The notes under the pieces are model-generated. The model worked only from the letters and a program-made list of their open reading frames with translations. It did no database searches and was not told the DNA's origin. A stretch of 38,734 nucleotides of DNA from a virus (lineage: Duplodnaviria; Caudoviricetes): positions 1 through 38,734 of the IMG/VR virus record IMGVR_UViG_3300032295_000827; one strand, given 5' to 3'. Of the stretch, positions 35,169 through 38,734 are shown piece after piece; the stretch's first letter is position 1, and each line of letters starts with the position of its first letter. Position numbers and translations under genes: made by a program.

Positions 35169-36914
35169 GTGAATCAAAAAACAGCAGCCTTAGAGGAGCG
35201 TCTACGGGCTAGTTTCCCTTTGTTCCTGTCTCTTGTATGGAAGTCGCTAGACCTGCCTCGTCCAACAAGAGCACAGATCGCCATTGCGGATTATCTTCAA
35301 GGCGGCCCAAAGCGTCTCCAGATCCAAGCATTTCGGGGACTAGGAAAGAGCTGGATTGCTGCTGCCTTTACCCTTTGGATCCTGTTTCGGGACAGCGACA
35401 AGAAGATCATGGTGGTGTCGGCCAGCAAGCAACGTGCCGACGACTTCACCATCTTCTGCCAAAAGTGCCTCATTGAAATCCCCTGGCTCAACCACCTGAC
35501 CCCACAGGACGATGACCAACGCTGGAGTCGTGTGTCCTTTGATGTGCGTGGGTGTCGGCCTGCTCAGTCACCGTCAGTAAAAAGTGTTGGTATCACGGGC
35601 CAGCTTACCGGTTCTCGTGCTGACCTGATCATCTTTGATGACGTGGAAGTCCCAAGCAACTCCGCTACCGACCTCATGCGGGAGAAGCTGCTTCAGCTCG
35701 TGACGGAGGGTGAGTCCGTGCTGACCCCCAAGCAGGACAGCCGTATCGTGTTTCTTGGAACACCACAGACTACTTTTACCATTTACCGGACTCTGCGGGA
35801 ACGCAACTACCAACCAATGGTCTGGCCTGCTCGCTATCCAAAGTCCCTTGTCGGATACGAGGACGTGCTGGCCAAGGACCTCCAAGACGACATCAACCGC
35901 GAGGGCCTGGACAAACTTTCCTGGACTCCAACGGACACTCGCTTTTCGGAAATCAACCTTCTGGAGCGGGAACAAAGCATGAGCCGAAGCAACTTTATGC
36001 TTCAGTTTATGCTGGATACCAGCCTGAGTGACGCCCTCAAGTTCCCCCTAAAGCTCAGTGACTTCTCCGTGCTGCCACTAGACCCACAAAAGGGGCCATC
36101 GGATGTGATCTGGGGTTCTGACAAGGAGACCCTTCTCGATCTTCCCGCCGTTGCCCTTCCTGGTGATCGGTGGCATAGGCCAAAGGCTGTCTCAGAATAC
36201 ATCCCCTGGAACGACACCATCACGGCAGTTGACCCATCCGGTAGGGGCAAGGACGAAACTGTCTCCATCATCCTGTCACAGATCAACGGCTACCTCTTCA
36301 TCCGAGACATCTTTGCTACACAGGATGGGTACTCCGACACCACCCTAAGGGAGATCCTTAGACGCAGCCGCCAATACGGCAGTAAGATGTGTCTCATCGA
36401 ATCCAACTTTGGTGACGGGGCGGTGATGGAGTTGATGAAGAAACACGCCCAAGAAATGAAGGTTGGGATGGCGTTTGAGGAGTCACGCGCCACCACAAGA
36501 AAAGAAGACCGCATCATCGATACCCTGGAGCCGGTCCTTAATCAGCATCGACTGATCATTGACCAACGCCTCATCGATTGGGACTACCGCAGCAACCCCG
36601 AGCAGGCACCCGAAGAACGCCTTCCACGGATGCTGATGTACCAGCTGACCCGCATGTGTCGGGAAAAGGGGGCCGTCCGCCACGACGACAGGATTGACGC
36701 ACTTGCCCTTGGGGTTAAACACTTTCAGGATGTCCTTGCTATCTCCGCAAAGGAGGCTCATATCCAAAACAAACGACACGAATGGAACACCATGATCGAC
36801 GCCTTTTTGGAGCAGCCGACCCTTGCTACCGACATGCTCGTTGCCGGAAAGAGCTTTTCTGACCTCTCCACGGATGATATTCTCGTGGACTCCGGTGTCT
36901 ATTCCTGGACCTAA
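35169..36914 (+). CDS. terL: Terminase large subunit (T7 gp19-like)
   Basis: AFRGLGKS Walker A, IIFDDVE Walker B, LGTPQ, nuclease VDPSGRGKDE and HDDRIDAL. Confidence 0.97.
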   Translation: MNQKTAALEERLRASFPLFLSLVWKSLDLPRPTRAQIAIADYLQGGPKRLQIQAFRGLGKSWIAAAFTLWILFRDSDKKIMVVSASKQRADDFTIFCQKCLIEIPWLNHLTPQDDDQRWSRVSFDVRGCRPAQSPSVKSVGITGQLTGSRADLIIFDDVEVPSNSATDLMREKLLQLVTEGESVLTPKQDSRIVFLGTPQTTFTIYRTLRERNYQPMVWPARYPKSLVGYEDVLAKDLQDDINREGLDKLSWTPTDTRFSEINLLEREQSMSRSNFMLQFMLDTSLSDALKFPLKLSDFSVLPLDPQKGPSDVIWGSDKETLLDLPAVALPGDRWHRPKAVSEYIPWNDTITAVDPSGRGKDETVSIILSQINGYLFIRDIFATQDGYSDTTLREILRRSRQYGSKMCLIESNFGDGAVMELMKKHAQEMKVGMAFEESRATTRKEDRIIDTLEPVLNQHRLIIDQRLIDWDYRSNPEQAPEERLPRMLMYQLTRMCREKGAVRHDDRIDALALGVKHFQDVLAISAKEAHIQNKRHEWNTMIDAFLEQPTLATDMLVAGKSFSDLSTDDILVDSGVYSWT

Positions 36915-37319
36915 AAAGGAGACCACCAACCTAAAAAGACACATCGATTAACCCCGGTTTACCCCGGTTTCCCAAAAAAAGGTGCTTGCTTCTAGGGGGG
37001 AAAGAGGGGGGTACCTCTGAGGAAGCCGCGCAAGCGGCGCCCCGAAGACCAAGGAAGACCCCCGATAGGGGGACTGACGCGGAGCAGACCCCACCCCAAC
37101 CCCCCTTTACTGTCCATTGTATTTATAGTTGAACACTATGACTAGACTCAGCAGAACAAGAGTCTCCGGAGCGGAGCGGAGGAGAGTCGCAGTTCTTCGG
37201 ACACTGAGTCGCAATCATAGTTGAGCTATAATAGCCCCACCATCCCCCAACAGTAGCAACAGCAGTAATAACAACTATATTAGTCATAATAGTCATAGTA
37301 TCCATCCCTCCTCCAATAA
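36915..37319. other. Structured non-coding region between terL and thyX
   Basis: No credible ORF. It contains a tandem accccggttt, a gccgc[gcaa]gcggc hairpin, cccc[gata]gggg and a long imperfect hairpin at 37123-37231. Confidence 0.6.
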
Positions 37320-37949
37320 ATGCCTCAAACAAAGCTCATCTGGATTACACCGGATGCTGAATCCATTATTACCTACTGTGCTCGGGTATCCAACCCAACG
37401 AACCAAGAAGCCAATGCCAACCCAGAACGGTTGATCGACTACTTGGTTAAGCATAAGCACTGGAGTCCCTTTGAGATGGCCAGCGCCTGCTTTGAGGTGA
37501 ACACGACCCGTGACATCTCGGCACAGATCCTCCGTCATAGGTCGTTCTCCTTCCAGGAGTTCTCGCAGCGGTATGCGGAGGTTCAGCTGAGGCCAGAGCT
37601 TCCCGAAATGCGGAGGCAAGACACCAAGAACCGCCAGAACAGTTTTGATGATCTAGAGCCGGAAGTAATTGTTGAGGCAGAGCAACTCTGTGCCAATGTG
37701 ATTAAACAATCAACGCTGGCGTATCAGCGTCTCCTCGAACTGGGGGTGGCAAAGGAGTGTGCCAGAAAGGTCCTGCCCATGAACAGTCCTACTCGCCTTT
37801 ATATGTCTGGGACGATCCGCTCGTGGATCCATTACCTTTCGGTGCGTACTGGCGTGGAGACTCAGCTGGAACATCGACAGATCGCTCAAGAGATCAAAAC
37901 CATTCTCATTAACCATCTTCCCTCGTTGACCAATGTCTTTAACTCTTGA
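37320..37949 (+). CDS. thyX: Flavin-dependent thymidylate synthase
   Basis: ARVS, HWSPFE, RHRSFSFQEFSQRY signature, KECAR.VLP and TQLEHR. Confidence 0.97.
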   Translation: MPQTKLIWITPDAESIITYCARVSNPTNQEANANPERLIDYLVKHKHWSPFEMASACFEVNTTRDISAQILRHRSFSFQEFSQRYAEVQLRPELPEMRRQDTKNRQNSFDDLEPEVIVEAEQLCANVIKQSTLAYQRLLELGVAKECARKVLPMNSPTRLYMSGTIRSWIHYLSVRTGVETQLEHRQIAQEIKTILINHLPSLTNVFNS

Positions 37950-38106
37950 TCAGGCCAAGCGTGTGGTGGCTGTGGCTCCCATTGATTCGTACTACTACCA
38001 CGAAGCTCTGCGTGTTCTTCAGGCGGCTGGGTATTATGGCACGCCTGCGCCCAAAGCCGTGGATAAGGCTGAGAGGCCTCTGGAAGGTCCAGGAGCACCC
38101 CTCTGA
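37933..38106 (+). CDS. Hypothetical protein (57 aa) MSLTLDQAKRVVAVAPIDSYYYHEALRVLQAAGYYG...
   Basis: ATG overlaps the end of thyX and codon usage is phage-like. Below the ORF-track cutoff. Confidence 0.55.
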   Translation: MSLTLDQAKRVVAVAPIDSYYYHEALRVLQAAGYYGTPAPKAVDKAERPLEGPGAPL

Positions 38107-38345
38107 CTCCCCGCAGGTGTCGTTGCACCTACGGCTCCTCAGAGGGCCTTTCCTGGGGCTTATACATGCCACCCGTAGATTTTGGTAGAAATTTGTGAAG
38201 TCCTTACGCTTGTTGTCGGCCCCGGTTCTCCCCCCGGTGGGGTGGTCGGCCTGGCGTGTCCAGAATCTATGTCCAAACCGAGCCATGGCCAGCCGAGAAC
38301 CGTTGCGGCGCAGTGGGTTTGGAGCGTTGCGTATCTGCGGAAGGG

Positions 38346-38414
38346 ACAGGTACGCAGGGGGTGGGCAGGGGTAACAGGTAACGCGCGTGTGGGCGTGTGC
38401 GGGCGCGTACCTGT
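38346..38414. repeat. Perfect 10-bp inverted repeat acaggtacgc / gcgtacctgt
   Basis: Arms at 38346-38355 and 38405-38414 enclose G-runs and alternating purine-pyrimidine sequence. Confidence 0.6.
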
Positions 38415-38450
38415 GCGCGTGTTCTCATGTATTATCAAAAAATCTGTGCG

Positions 38451-38479
38451 ATTCTCAATAAGCCCTTCTTGTTGAGAAT
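38451..38479. promoter_or_regulatory. Inverted repeat ATTCTCAA-N13-TTGAGAAT upstream of a small gene
   Basis: Perfect 8-bp arms in AT-rich non-coding DNA. Confidence 0.4.
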
Positions 38480-38554
38480 GTTAAGAAATGTGGGGCAAAC
38501 TCGGGCAATGGGCCACCGATCTGCAATGCTGGCATCAGTTCAATTCAGGAACCA

Positions 38555-38725
38555 ATGGCCGAACAAAAGCTTTTTGTCTGGGGTGTCTACGGATGGGACA
38601 CGAAGCAGGACCGCTATCAGTTGCTGTCCTATGTCAGGGAAACAAAGGCTGAGGCTTACGCCATCTGCTCTAAGTTGCATCCAACGATTGACATAGAGTC
38701 AGTTCATCTCATTTGCGACTACTGA
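38555..38725 (+). CDS. Small hypothetical protein (56 aa), possibly the first early gene
   Basis: AGGA upstream of the ATG; MAEQKLFVWGVYGWDTKQDRYQLLSYVRETKAEAYAICSKLHPTIDIESVHLICDY. Confidence 0.6.
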   Translation: MAEQKLFVWGVYGWDTKQDRYQLLSYVRETKAEAYAICSKLHPTIDIESVHLICDY

Positions 38726-38734
38726 TCACAGCAC

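Noticed and set aside
37017-37050. Hammerhead-like CTGAGGA followed by a GCAA-capped stem
   Set aside because: The required GAAA directly after stem II is missing and stems I and III cannot be built.
13876-37116. Recurring CTGTCC in intergenic regions (about 13880, 21404, 27631, 37110) as the phage RNAP promoter core
   Set aside because: The match is only 6 bp with unaligned flanks and also occurs in coding DNA. No promoter consensus could be supported by eye; MEME on intergenic regions is needed.
37946-38696. ORF-track calls 37946-38188, 38182-38475 and 38397-38696
   Set aside because: They have atypical composition and weak starts. The shorter ATG ORFs 37933-38106 and 38555-38725 fit better.
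1-38734. tRNA genes, inteins or stop-codon recoding
   Set aside because: No cloverleaf with a T-loop consensus was seen, core proteins have normal lengths without intein motifs, and all three stop codons end genes normally.

Overview
This window holds most of the genome of a T7-like (Autographiviridae-type) podophage, very probably infecting picocyanobacteria (Synechococcus/Cyanobium-like). The host call is inferred from the compact cyanopodovirus-type RNR pair, DNA polymerase, capsid and small proteins. All credible genes are on the + strand. Replication and nucleotide block: 3' end of the single-subunit RNA polymerase, an acidic ORF, SSB, endonuclease I, primase-helicase, family A DNA polymerase, 5'-3' exonuclease, gp1.7/DUF3310-like, MazG-like, and class I RNR alpha and beta. 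Virion block: portal, scaffold, a structured non-coding leader followed by a free-standing LAGLIDADG endonuclease, major capsid with terminator, tail adaptor and nozzle, internal virion proteins and a beta-helix tailspike. Late accessory block: holin-like gene, EndoVII-type endonuclease, two-domain endolysin, a five-gene putative second appendage cassette, terS, a cluster of small very basic proteins with an HNH and a probable decoration protein, terL, a structured non-coding region, thyX and a probable genome-end region. The best candidates for new biology are the 29.3-32.3 kb appendage cassette with an exact 22-aa repeat protein, the cluster of tiny Lys/Arg-rich late proteins, and the tandem hairpin/pseudoknot capsid leader invaded by a LAGLIDADG gene. 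All calls come from motif recognition by eye; no searches were run.
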